This document shows, piece by piece, positions 1 to 11,637 of a stretch of DNA of 64,000 nucleotides (positions within the stretch are counted from its first letter, which is position 1; each line of letters opens with the position of its first letter). Source of the DNA: Lytechinus pictus (taxonomy: Eukaryota); contig NC_087245.1 in the NCBI RefSeq assembly GCF_037042905.1, positions 23,066,001-23,130,000 of the forward strand, written 5' to 3'. Position numbers and translations under genes: made by a program. The notes under the pieces were generated by a model. It did not search any database and was not told where the DNA came from. It was given only the letters and a program-made list of their open reading frames with translations.

Positions 1-360
1 TTCTCCTCATTGTCATGTTGAACAAAGTTTTATTCCTCATTGAACATGTTTAATTACCATTATTTTGTCATTTCATGGTTCAGTCAAGTTGGTCCTTAGT
101 GTTATATTTGTAAAATTTTAAATATTGTATGATTGAAACAATAAAAAACAATAAAAACAACAAACGACACCATCGACTCTCCCATTTGCAGTTACTGAGT
201 ACTATTGTGCATATAACTGTTTTTGGAAAATAAGCGAAAATTAAAAATCTAACCTGTTTATCTTACATCCTTTTTTGATGAATTTTTAGCGTCATGCTTG
301 TTTGATTTTTCTTTATTGACCCAAATCAACATTTTTTCCCCGGGTTGGAATTGACCATTA
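1..360. mobile_element. Right part of a MITE (same family as 9595..10055 and 51322..51451)
   Basis: Nearly collinear with 9806..10055. It ends in ...aaatcaac...ccccgggttggaattgacc, the approximate inverted counterpart of the family's left end aagggcaagtccaccc...gatttgaat. Confidence 0.65.
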
Positions 361-434
361 AATATTATCTGTTATCTGCAATCTATTCAAGACTTATAAG
401 CTGTACTGGTGCCCACATCAAGTGTTTCAAGAGC

Positions 435-1897
435 CACTGGCGTAAATCCGGGGGGGGGGGGGTGGGGGGATATATCCCCCCACTTTTCGAGGAGGGGGGG
501 ATGGCCTGTACAAACATCCCCCCCACTTTTTACGAAAGAAATGAAAAAAAAAATAACAAGAGATAATTGTTTTATTGGTGAAAATTCTTCCAAAAATACC
601 GCTTAACAAATAAAATAATATTATTGAATCATAAAATGCAAATAAAGAGCCAGTTCACCATTTCCAAACGAAATAATTATGTCCTTATTATAACATTGAA
701 CAGAAACCCCCGTTTCTTCCAATTCATCAATGTTGGGGTCTTTGGGAAGGGATTAAGATGGAATGTCAAAAATTTGTTGAATGTAATCTCTAATAAAACC
801 AATAAACCATCATGTGGTAAAAAAGATAATAATATTGGAGGGGTATTTGCCATATGGACATACAGTGGCGTAACTACGGGGGACATGGGGGGCACATCCC
901 CCCCCCCCCATCGGCTGACCAAAAAAAATACGGGGAAAGGGGGAAAAGGAGAAAAGAGGGAGAAAGAAAGAGAAACGTAGTGGGAAAGAAGAAAATATTA
1001 TTCATTAGAATGTTATATTATATTATAACTATGTTAAGTTACATTACATAAGAAACATTTTTATCATAACTTTATGAAACATAATTTGCCCAGGGCCTAC
1101 GTCTTCATTGTTCCTGGTGCTCGCATTGTCTGTTTAACGAGATATATAATCCTGTTATACTAAAACATCCCGTTTTCAAGTCAATATAAACCAAATATAT
1201 TTCCTAGCACTTGAGTTATCATTGTTTTATGTAGTGACATATGCTTCTTTTTCATAACTTAAAAGTGATTGCCCCATGTTAAGGTCTTCGTATATATGAA
1301 ACATTTCCTGTCCGTGATTACGTTCGCATTAGTGGATTGGTGAGATATGTCTGCTCTTCATGAATTCCTAAAATCAGTCCTTAAAAATGTCCCTTCTTCT
1401 GATCTGAATATCAAAAATTTTCAGCTCGCGCTTCGCGCTCGCACCATTTGGTTAATGAAATACGTATGGTCCTAGTTAATTCCTACAAAGAAACCTTAGA
1501 ATGCCCCACTTCAGGTCTGAATTATCTAAGTTTTCAGCTCGCGCTCGCATTGTTAAGCGAGACAGGTACCTATCATGATTACACAAATTTGATTATAATG
1601 TCCCTTTTTAGGTGTGAAAATAAAAAAAATTCAGCTCGCGCTTCGCGCTCGCATTATTTGATCAGTGAGATACATATCCGTTTAATGACATTGTCCTTAA
1701 AATGTCTCTATTAGGTCACTCACTCAGTCATTCAAAAATTTTGCTGGTTCCCCCCCCCCCCCCAATGCCGTGACCCACGGTCGCCACTGTGGACATATCA
1801 ATGGCAATTCCTTGCATATCTAAAAACATGATTGCAAAAAAAATGCCAAAATATTTCAGTCATCCCCCCCACCCATCAACACGGATTTACGCCAGTG
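435..1897. mobile_element. hAT-like non-autonomous DNA transposon
   Basis: TIRs CACTGGCGTAAATCCG / CGGATTTACGCCAGTG. 8-bp TSD TCAAGAGC at 427..434 and 1898..1905. The paralogous intron (~10121) has the empty site with a single TCAAGAGC. Confidence 0.9.
863..1789. mobile_element. hAT-like non-autonomous element nested in 435..1897
   Basis: Termini CAGTGGCG / CGCCACTG. 8-bp TSD TGGACATA at 855..862 and 1790..1797. Carries GCTCGCGCTTCGCGCTCGC motifs. Confidence 0.85.
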
Positions 1898-2249
1898 TCA
1901 AGAGCTAATTAATATAATGAGTACAAGGTGGATTATGATTTGTAGAGAGGAGCGTTCCTGGCTCTCCATTGGTGGTATGAAAACTTGATTCTACTTAATT
2001 AGATTGAGAGCACGTATTGATGGGGAAAGTGATATTGATATCTAATTCCCCGTGATAAGTTAAGCCATATAATCTTTAGAATATGCATTCCCATCGTCAA
2101 AATTGGAGACTGAGATTATCTTGGTATCAAAAAGGTTTTCTTTGAGTAAATATAAACAATGACGTCAGCTTTTAGCTGTCGTCTAATTGCTAAAGGCATA
2201 AAGTTAAGCATTATAATAATAATAATGTTCTATTTTCTTCTTTTCAAAG

Positions 2250-2405
2250 CTGATATTCCTGAAGATTGGTTCTATCCAAGTCCCAGAGGGCAGGACGGAG
2301 AGATCAAGTTGACTCTTAATTCATCAACTCTAGATGATGATACCTATGGAAACACCGGATACATCGCCTTTGCCGATGAATCCTTGTCCATTACATATAT
2401 TTTCA
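2250..2405 (+). CDS. Gene 1 exon A1, first half of repeated domain (xDIPEDWFYPSPRGQDGEIKLTLNSSTLDDDTYGNTGYIAFADESLSITYIF); upstream exons lie outside the window
   Basis: Acceptor ttttcttcttttcaaag, donor gtaaga, 156 nt, phase 1-1, open frame, duplicated at 10480..10635. Confidence 0.8.
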
Positions 2406-3153
2406 GTAAGACGAATGATTGACGTTGCAAAGGGGGGGGGGGGAAGCGTGGGTGGAAAGGGGGTTTGGTGCATGCCTCGCAGTTGCCACTCTCAGGAGGT
2501 CAGATAATAAAACGAAGTACAGGCATATGAACTCTGACATCTGGAAAACGATAGCTCGATCTAAATCTTGGGTAATGATGATAACAATGAGCCTTGGAAT
2601 ATGGATGACGTTATATAAATGTATGTTATCAATATTATCATTAGTATCATTATCAAAATTGTTATCGTCATAATTATTATAACAATTTTTGTTATCATCA
2701 TCATTATTATGTTATCAAAAAATATAATGAACATCCAAAGGAGCCAAAAATGAATGACGATTTAAGTATTAGCCATGTAATATGTTCTTGTTTTTAGATA
2801 TCTCACTTCAGAATTGTAATTTCAAGGAATATCTCCCATTTTCAATCTTGTCGCTAGGTCATATGATGACGAATAGCAATGCAAGTGACATTATTTTGTA
2901 CATATTCCTCCGTCATAAATCCTCTAATAATGATAATCCTATATTTCTGATAACGATTCCTTGACATCGATTCTGAAAAATGGAATTTGCTTAAGCTTGC
3001 GACCATAATAGAGTGTCACCTAATGCTTTGACATATTTCATAAACATTTTCAAAAACATTCAGATCGGGCCTTAGAAATAAAGAAATTATATTGTCGTTA
3101 TCTAATGTCAAGCGCATGGTGCCCAGTCTGAATATTGTTTTCTCCTGCTATAG

Positions 3154-3394
3154 AATTCACCAAATCTGACGATGGAAGTATTGCAGTGGAGTTGATCAAG
3201 TTGCCTGAAGGTGAAAGTGTAGGTGAATGTACACTGGGTGATTCGGGATCAGACACACTGGTACTATTCTTCAAGTTTGGTGAGGAGAGTGTCACATTGT
3301 CCAGAGATACCCTTGACAACGAGGTTCTAAATCATGCCAGTACTGGACAAGCTGCCAACAGTGATGCCAATCTGGCCATTGTGAATTTTGCCAT
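3154..3394 (+). CDS. Gene 1 exon B1, second half of repeated domain (KFTKSDDGSIAVELIKLPEGESVGEC...ANSDANLAIVNFA)
   Basis: Acceptor ttttctcctgctatag, donor gtaagt, 241 nt, phase 1-2, in frame with exon A1. Confidence 0.8.
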
Positions 3395-4004
3395 GTAAGT
3401 CGATATGTCCTCTAACAAATCACTATCCAGAGTGTATTGTTTATAGTGACAGTGCTCACTCACGAAAAGTCGCATTCAAAATAAAAGCACTGTGGTCAAG
3501 ACAAGCTTAGCTCAAGCTGTTTCAATTTTGTCTTTTTTCAGATTCAATGTCATACCGTACATACAAGCGGTCATACGCATGCGCACTCATCTGTCTATCA
3601 CTTACTCTGTTTATTTTCAGTGTAGAGAGGCTTCACGTTTCACATATTTTGTGGGCGTAGGTTGGTCCTTATAAGGACCATGAAACTCGACGGTTCGACA
3701 AATATCAGTGGCGGATCCAGGGGGCACAGGGGGCGCGCGCCCCCCTAATATTTGAGCGGCGCCTAAAAAAATAAAAGAAAAGTAAAAGAAAGAAAAGGCG
3801 CTGCTTGAAAAACTAAAGGAAAGAAAAGAAAAGGCGCCGCTTAAAAAAATTATACTGATATAATATTAGCAACAGTAAAGGAAAGACTATCCCCAAGCAA
3901 AGCCCAATCATATCATCTTCCTTATCTTTTCTTTTAACTACCCTTTTTCCCAACAACTTCGCCGGTTAAAATAGTCAGCAATCAGCAGTGCACTGCCTGC
4001 ATTC

Positions 4005-4640
4005 AACTGGCGCCAATCAAGAATTATCAGGGCCACCTAAATCTAAATCGGCGCCGGACAAGAATAATCAGCGCCATTTGGTTATAAATCGGCACCAGAC
4101 AAGAAAAATCGGCACTGCCAGAGTCTTAACCGGCGACGATCAGGGATAATCAGCGCCACCTAAATCTAAATCGGCACCGGACAAGAATAATCGGCGCCAT
4201 CTGGTTATAAATCGGCGCTGCCAGAGTCTTAACCGGCGCCGATCAAGAATAATCAGCTCCACCTAAATCTAAATCGGCGCCGGGCAAGAATAATCGGCGC
4301 AATCTGGTTATAAATCAGCGCCGGTAAAGAAAAATCGGCGCTGCCTGAGTTCTTAACCGGCGCCGATCAAGGATAATCAGCGCCACCTATATCTAAATCG
4401 GGGCTGGTCAAGAATAATCAGCACCACCTGGTTAAAAATCGGCGCTGAATTGCCGCTGCCTGAATCTTACGTGACGTCGGTAAAAATGATCAGCACTACT
4501 TGTTCTAAATCGGTGCCGGTCAAGACAAATCGTCGCTGCCTTTGTCTTAACCGGCGACACCTAAATTTAAATCGGCGCCGGTCAAGAATAATCAACGTCC
4601 CCTGGTTCCAATAAATAGGCGCCGGTAGAAAGAAATCGGA
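4005..4640. repeat. Minisatellite of alternating ~20/21-bp units with an AATC-GGCGCC core, inside a GC-tipped element starting at 3706
   Basis: Recurring units such as ggcgccggacaagaataatc, agcgccacctaaatctaaatc and ggcgctgccagagtcttaacc. Element-like start CAGTGGCGGATCCAGG at 3706 marks the end of homology with the duplicate region. Confidence 0.85.
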
Positions 4641-5482
4641 AAGAGGCCGATGACCTTGCTCTGCTTTTACATTTCGTTATTAAGGGACCCTAGTCAATAA
4701 GCTTGGTTGCGTATCATTAAATGACATGATTCACTAATCAGTTTCCGTTCTTATAAGTGATTAATTATATTTTAATATACAAATATTTTCGATTAAAAAC
4801 TTAAGTGATTTTTCTTACACTATATAAGATAAATGTTGATGTGGAAGAGGTTCATCGTGGTGAAGGATTGAGTAGAAGAAATAACCAGTTGTCTCACGGT
4901 GTGTCAAACGTAGTAGGAAAGCATAAATGTTCTCAGTGTATTTTCTCTGTCAAGAACCGAAGATGGTACCTCGTATAAATATCAATGTAAAAAATCTTTC
5001 AACGCATTGTCATGTTTTTCACGAGTTCCATCAGCACTTTCCGTCGCCTATAATACAAATCTTTTCTTAACAAATCTCAGAATTATCATCTGATATTTTT
5101 TTAAATTTTATTTATCAGTATTATTATATGATTCATCTCTTACTTTTAGAATGGTCAGAACGATAGCACATACCCATTGCTCTTTTATTCTACTATTTAT
5201 ACGTGCAAGATATAATTCAGACACCTAGTTCTGTGAGATGATATCCAGGCAAAATACTCTTACCATTACCAATTTGATTGATGTGCTGTTATGCTTATGT
5301 TAATATACAGTCGTTATCTAACTACTTCCTATGTACGTTTGGTTAGCTGCTTACATTTCATCAAAAATATATTTTTATTAATCGAAACCCAGTCAATATG
5401 ATAAATATGATTATTAATTTATTAGTTACTCCTCATTACAAACCAGGTCTTTTATGTTTCAATTTTAATTTTCCTACTGCAG

Positions 5483-5510
5483 CAGTAGTAGCAGCAGCAG
5501 CAGCAGTAGT

Positions 5511-5542
<32 letters not shown>

Positions 5543-5565
5543 CAGTTCTGGAGGATCCGGTATCC
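5483..5565 (+). CDS. Gene 1 poly-serine linker exon (I-S22-GGSGI-P)
   Basis: Acceptor ttttaattttcctactgcag, donor gtaagt at 5566. 83 nt, phase 2-1, exactly the phase bridge needed between exon B1 (ends phase 2) and exon A2 (starts phase 1). Confidence 0.75.
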
Positions 5566-6269
5566 GTAAGTTTACCATTGAATTTTAGATATCATAGTCT
5601 TTAATTATTCAATATCCCCTCGAGAATCGATTACCAATGATGTAATTTACACAATACATGAATAACAATGGTATTGAATGAATCTAACAATCTACCAGTT
5701 TCTATAAAATATAAGTCAAATCTGAGAGGTTGAGCACTTTCCAGATTTATTTTACTTTACTTGGAGTTGCATTGTTAGCGACGTTGGCATAATTATGTCA
5801 ATGCCTTCATAACCCGTGTTACCAAGTAGGCCTCAACACTAGCTTCTCAATGCTCAGCTATAGAGATTCCAGAACACCACAGCCAGAATCCTCCATAAAG
5901 TCCCTAGAAACCATAACGTATCTAGAAACCATAACGTATCTGGAACCATGGACCTACTACAATGTGCTAAAACCCTCCATAGCAGCTGCACAGGGCCCTG
6001 CGAACTTTTTTTGATAGGGCGGGGAGCTGGATTTTAAGAAAAAAAATTCAAGGAAAAACAACAAACAAAAAATATTTTTTTACTCACAAATTAAGGACAT
6101 CCGGCTCAGGAAAAAAATGACAAGCACAAAATAATGAAGGTGATTTTGGTTATAATTTCTACTTTTAAGCATACCAACTTGATTTCCAGGGGTGCTGCCT
6201 CTGGGGAATAACACACACAGCACCTCCGGCAAATCTTTGGGCCATGCAGGGCCATGTAGCTGCATTAAT

Positions 6270-6570
6270 TTGTTACCTTCAGAGAAGCAAATCATCTTTA
6301 AGACCTTTGTTATAACATTTAAGAGCATCCAGGGAAAATTCCCCTCATAGATCGTGAGCATGATATTTTGCTGTCATTCTCGGTTGCAAGTAGGTCCATA
6401 CTTCGATCATCCGAAAAGAATGCCAATGTTTAAGTCGAACACCAGGCAACTTCTCAGACACATGGCGACAGAGCCTGCACTCCGGAACCCACTTCCCCTT
6501 AGCCATATTAGCTTAAGGTCTCATTCCTCTCTCAGTTCTTTTAAAGTAGCCATTAAGATTTATATTCCGC
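6270..6570 (+). mobile_element. Decayed 3' ORF fragment of an L2/CR1-group LINE
   Basis: Residual translations 'KQIIFKTFVITFKSIQGKFPS' and 'PALRNPLP..SLRSHSSLSSFKVAIKIY' resemble the L2 C-terminal motifs RIxFKxLxLxFKxLxGxAPxY and PxLWNxLPxxLRxxxSLxxFKxxLKT. Confidence 0.55.
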
Positions 6571-7293
6571 AAATAGTAATCAATTTGAATTTCACACTTA
6601 TTTTGTCTGTAGTTGGGCTTGCAGTTAAGTTATCTAAGGCAATTCGTTATTATCATTCAAGTTATTGAATTTATTAGATAAATATCATTAAGTCGTTAGG
6701 GTATTTAATATAGAGCCAAAATTTAATAGGCCCTATATATAGATTGAGTTATTATTATAATTTTTTTATTATCATTATCACATTAAATTGATCTAATTTT
6801 CCCAATGGGTATTTTCTGAGTAGACAGTCATAATTTTTAAATTTAACTGTTGATTGTTTGTCCCTCTCTATTTTCATATCTAGAGTAGATAAGTAGTCTC
6901 CCAACTATGAAACCAACATTTAAATTTAAGACCCTGATAAAAACAGACCCTGAATTTAAACAGCTGATTCTCTGGAATGATTTTATACGATTTTTTAACA
7001 ATTTGCACATTTCATTTGTAACTATAAAACTTTCAAGTAATAAAAAACTTATCATAAATAATCAAGCGCCATATTCATATCCGACGCTCCGTGAGTCATA
7101 ATGCATTCAGTTGGTGTACAAATGATGCATGCACATGAGTTCATTAGGCGGTCCGAAAATTCATTTCCCCTGAAAATATTATTAATATCCCCATGTATGA
7201 AAGCCGTTAATTGTGTTTGTTCTTTTGTGACTTGGATTAACATTTGTGTTATTGGTGGCACAGAATGTACAAAGTTTGCCAAGTAACAAAGAT

Positions 7294-9396
7294 CAGGGGC
7301 GGAAATCTCTCCCAAAAGGTAGAAGGGGAAACAGGGGCGGATCCAGCTTTCGCCAATAGGGAGGGTGCGGAAATTTGTTTCAGCCATATTTTCCCCGATC
7401 GGCAGCTCGAAGATGATTTGTGTTTGTTTCTTTGAAGGGGTAGTCCTCATTAGTCACTTCTTAGCTTCATTCTTATAAATTCATATATAACATCATAATC
7501 CATATTTATATGATGCGAGCGCGAAGCGCGAGCTAATTTTTTGGAAATTATATGTATTTTTCCCTAAAATTCAAACATTCTGGGCAATGTTTGTTATCCT
7601 GAAAAAAATGTGTTTGCAACTTAATAATTACTACAAACGCAAAGCGCGAGGAGAAATGAACTGATGGAAAAGATACCTGTTAAAGACTGCGTGCAGTTAG
7701 CATTTACCAATCAAATAATGCGAGCGCGAAGCGCGAGCTGATTTTTTTGACATTTTCACCTAAAGAATTGAAATTCTAAGCACTTTTTGTAACTCAAGCA
7801 GAATAGGTATATAAGTAGAAAATTGATGCGAGCGCGAAGCGCGAGCGGAAAATTTCGAGATTTAGTCCTATAATATTTACTGAACGAGACACTCTATTCA
7901 TGTTTTGTAAATCATGAAAAGGATGAGTATTAATAATGCGAGCGCAAAGCGCGAGCAGAAAATTTGTATATACGTTTTGAACTGGTACCTGTTAAGGACT
8001 GCTTGCACTTAGCCATGAAGGCATTACATATTTCAAGAACCAAAAAAGGCGAGCGCGAAGCGCGAGCTGAAAATTTTTGAAAATTTCTAAAGAAAGAATA
8101 AATATACGCGCGCGTTTCATATTTAGACCTATTATCTAGGCGTTCTAAATACATCTTTAATCATGAAAATCATGAAACTTTGATATTCCGATCTGAAAAA
8201 AGAGTCAATTACAGCTTTATATTTCAAGCACTTTGTAGGAAAATTGTAAGGTGGATATAGATTGCACTTAAAAAAAGAGCAAAAATTATCATTATTATTA
8301 CTTTGGGTTTTGACATAGGACCGGGACATCGTTACGACATGTCATGAAAATGATGACTATCTTCCTATTCCTCTTGCTAAGCGCGAGATGAAACAAAAGG
8401 GACAATTTAGTTTTTAAATTAATATCATATTTATTAATGCCTAATGAGGGTGCGAAATCTGATGATATTATGGCATAAAAACTGGACATTTCCCTTTGTA
8501 ATTATGAATAGGATGCATCAGTTAATATGTTTGTTTTAACCATTAATGCGAGCGCAAATCGCGAGCTAAAATTTTTGATAAACTGTCATGAAAAGGAGAT
8601 TTTAAGTAGTTTGTTGTATAATCAATATTGAAACATACATAACTCGCCAATCAAAATGCCAGCGTGCAGCGCTAGCTGATCGATACGTCTTGACAATCAG
8701 ACCTGAAAAGGGATATTTTGAAAACTTTATGGAATACACGAAAATGATAGATACCTGATAAATAAAAATTTGCGAGCACGCAGCGCAAGCAGCAAATGTT
8801 GATAAAATTATTCAGACCATAAAACTGACATTTTTACAGAGCACTTTTTTAAAATCAATTTGTAAATCACACAAAATAATGAAAGTTCGATTTCCGAGGT
8901 GAAATATGTTTTGTATATTGACTTCCAAACTTGATATTTGAGCTCCATATTGAACAAGATATGTAAATCACCTAACAGGCAATGCGAGCGCGAAGCGCGA
9001 GCGAAAATTTCATATAGTGCCACGAAATGTTCTTTTTATTTTCCAAGTCTTCCCCTCATCTTATTTTATGCACTCGTCGTCCTTCTCTCCTTTTTCTCCT
9101 CTTTTCCCTCCTTTTTTCCTTTTTCCTTCTTTCTTTCCCTTTTTTCTTTTTTTTTGCTCCGCCAATAGGGGGGGGGGGGGCCTCGGCCCCCCTGGATCCG
9201 CCTATGGGGACAAGGGGTGGGGAAATTTGACAAGTAAAAAAAAAGGTTATCATCCCCAAAGTACGGTCATCTCGTCCCAACTCATCCCATCATAAAAGAC
9301 ACAAAATAGTAGGGGGGACATTTGATATTGTGTCCCCCCTACTATTTTGAGTAGGGGGGACACGTCCCCCTGTCCCCCCTGGGATTTCCGCCCATG
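7294..9396. mobile_element. hAT-like non-autonomous element containing a second nested element (~7332..9206)
   Basis: Outer termini CAGGGGCGGAAATC / GATTTCCGCCCATG with 8-bp TSD ACAAAGAT (7286..7293, 9397..9404). Inner termini CAGGGGCGGATCCAG / CTGGATCCGCCTATG. Many GCGAGCGCGAAGCGCGAGC motifs. Confidence 0.85.
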
Positions 9397-9594
9397 ACAA
9401 AGATATAAATCCTACAGCCAAGCACTTATCATGAAATTGACTAAAGAGGTGCATGATAAACCACGACAACGACGTCTAAAATAAACCTCGGACGACTTAT
9501 ATGTGATATTGCTCATTTTTTTTTAGAAATCGTACTCGACTTGAGGACACTTTCCCAGAATGATAAACATTGAGCACTATCTTGTCTCACTTCA

Positions 9595-10055
9595 AGGGCA
9601 AGTCCACCCTGATAACAAGCTGATTTGAATAGAAAAAGAAAAATCCAACAAGCGTAACTCTGAAAATTTCATCAAAATCGGATGTAAAATAAGACATTAA
9701 TGAGTTTTTAAAGTTTCGCTTAATTTCACAAAACAGTTACATTTACATCCTGGTGGCTATGCAAATGAGGGGACCGACTCAGTATTTCTATACAATATTC
9801 TGATTTTCTCCTCATTGTCATGTGAAACAAGGTTTTATTCCTCATCGATTATGTTTAATTACCATTATTTTGTCATTTTATGGTACAGTCATGTTGGCCC
9901 GGCCCTTAGTGTTATATTTGTAAAATAAGCGCAAATTAAAAATCTAACCTGTTTATCTTACATCCTTTTTTGATGATTTTTTAGCGTTATGTTTGTTTGA
10001 CTTTTCTCTATTGATTCAAATCAACATGTTTTTCCCCGGGTTGGAATTGACCATT
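9595..10055. mobile_element. MITE with long imperfect terminal inverted repeats
   Basis: Left end aagggcaagtccaccc..gatttgaatagaaaaagaaaaatccaacaagc..catcaaaatcggatgtaaaataa is mirrored at the right end by ttatcttacatcc..tttgatga..ttgattcaaatcaac..gggttggaattgacc. Confidence 0.7.
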
Positions 10056-10479
10056 AAATATTATCTGTTAATATCTGCAATCTATTCAAGACTTATAAGA
10101 TGTACTGGTGCCCAAGTGTTTCAAGAGCTAATTAATATAATGAGTACAAGGTGGATTATGATTTGTAGAGAGGAGCATTCCTGCATGGCTCTCCATTGGT
10201 GGTATGAAAACTTGATTCTACTTAATTAGATTGAGAGCACGTATTAATGGGGAAAGTGATATTGATATCCAATTCCCCGTGATAAGTTAAGCCAACTAAT
10301 CCTTAGAATATGCATTCCCATCGTCAAAAATGGAGACTGAGATTATCTTGGTATCAAAAAGGTTTTCTTTGAGTAAGAATAAACAATGACGTCAGCTTTT
10401 AGCTGTCGTCTAATTGCTAAAGGCATAAAGTTAACAAGCATTATAATAATAATAATGTTCTATTTTCTTCCTTTCAAAG

Positions 10480-10635
10480 CTGATATTCCTGAAGATTGGT
10501 TCTATCCTAGTCCCAGAGGGCAGGACGGAGAGATCAAGTTGACTCTTAATTCATCAACTCTAGATGATGATACCTATGGAAACACCGGATACATCGCCTT
10601 TGCCGATGAATCCTTGTCCATTACATATATTTTCA
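10480..10635 (+). CDS. Gene 1 exon A2 (copy of A1)
   Basis: Same splice sites as A1, 156 nt. One synonymous difference seen (CCA>CCT). Confidence 0.8.
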
Positions 10636-11396
10636 GTAAGACGAATGATTGACGTTGCAAAGGGGGGGGGGGGAAGCGTGGGTGGAAAGGGGGTATGGTG
10701 CATGCCTCGCAGTTGCCACTCTCAGGTCAGAGAATAAAACGACGTATAGGCATAATGAACTCTGACATCTGGAAACGGTAGCTCGATCTAAATCTTGGGT
10801 ATGATGATAACAATGAGCATTGGAATATAGATGATGATTTTATATAAATGTATGTTATCAATCATTACTATCATTATTAAAATTGTTATCGTCATAATTA
10901 TTATAATTATTTTTGTTATCATCATCATTATTATTATGCTATAAAAAATATAATTATTGAATATAATGAACATCCAAAGGAGCAAAAAATGAATGACGAT
11001 TTTAACTATTAGCCATGTAATATGTTCTTGTTTTTAGATATCTCACTTCAGAATTGTAATTTCAAGGAATATCTCCCATTTTGAATCTTGTCGCTAGGTC
11101 ATATGATTGACGAATAGCAATAGAAGTGACTTTATTTTGTACATATTCCTCCGTCATAAATCCTCTAATAACGATAATCCGATATTTCTGCTAACGATTC
11201 CTTGACATCGATTCTGAAAAATGGAATTTGCTTAAGCTTGCGACCATATTAGAGTGTCACCTAATGCTTTGACATATATCATAACCATTTTCAAAAACAT
11301 TCAGATCGGGCCTTTAGAAATAAAGAAATTCTATTGCCATTATCTAATGTCAAGCGCATGGTGCCCAGTCTGAAATATTGTTTTCTCCTGCTATAG

Positions 11397-11637
11397 AATT
11401 CACCAAATCTGACGATGGAAGTATTGCAGTGGAGTTGATCAAGTTGCCTGAAAGTGAAAGTGTAGGTGAATGTACACTGGGTGATTCGGGATCAGACATA
11501 CTGGTACTATTCTTCAAGTTTGGTGAGGAGAGTATCACATTGTCCAGAGATACCCTTGACAACGAGGTTCTAAATCATGCCAGTACTGGACAAGCTCCCA
11601 ACAGTGATGCCAATCTGGCCATTGTGAATTTTGCCAT
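11397..11637 (+). CDS. Gene 1 exon B2 (copy of B1)
   Basis: Same splice sites as B1, 241 nt. Four differences seen, all amino-acid changing (G>S, T>I, V>I, A>P). Confidence 0.8.

Noticed and set aside
4005..4640. CRISPR-like array (constant core with variable spacers)
   Set aside because: The variable parts recur cyclically, units are only ~20 bp, there are no cas genes and the context is eukaryotic. It is a minisatellite.
5398..5604. Poly-alanine ORF from the track
   Set aside because: It crosses an acceptor and a donor. Splice phase and the AGC/AGT interruptions favour the poly-Ser frame.
6843..7290. Minus-strand coding-like stretch
   Set aside because: Interrupted by a stop and truncated by a transposon. 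No motif or splice structure I can support.
9527..9573. Possible extra exon after ttttttttag
   Set aside because: The two phase-compatible frames checked hit stops within ~45 nt, there is no good donor, and it is not needed for the gene 1 frame.
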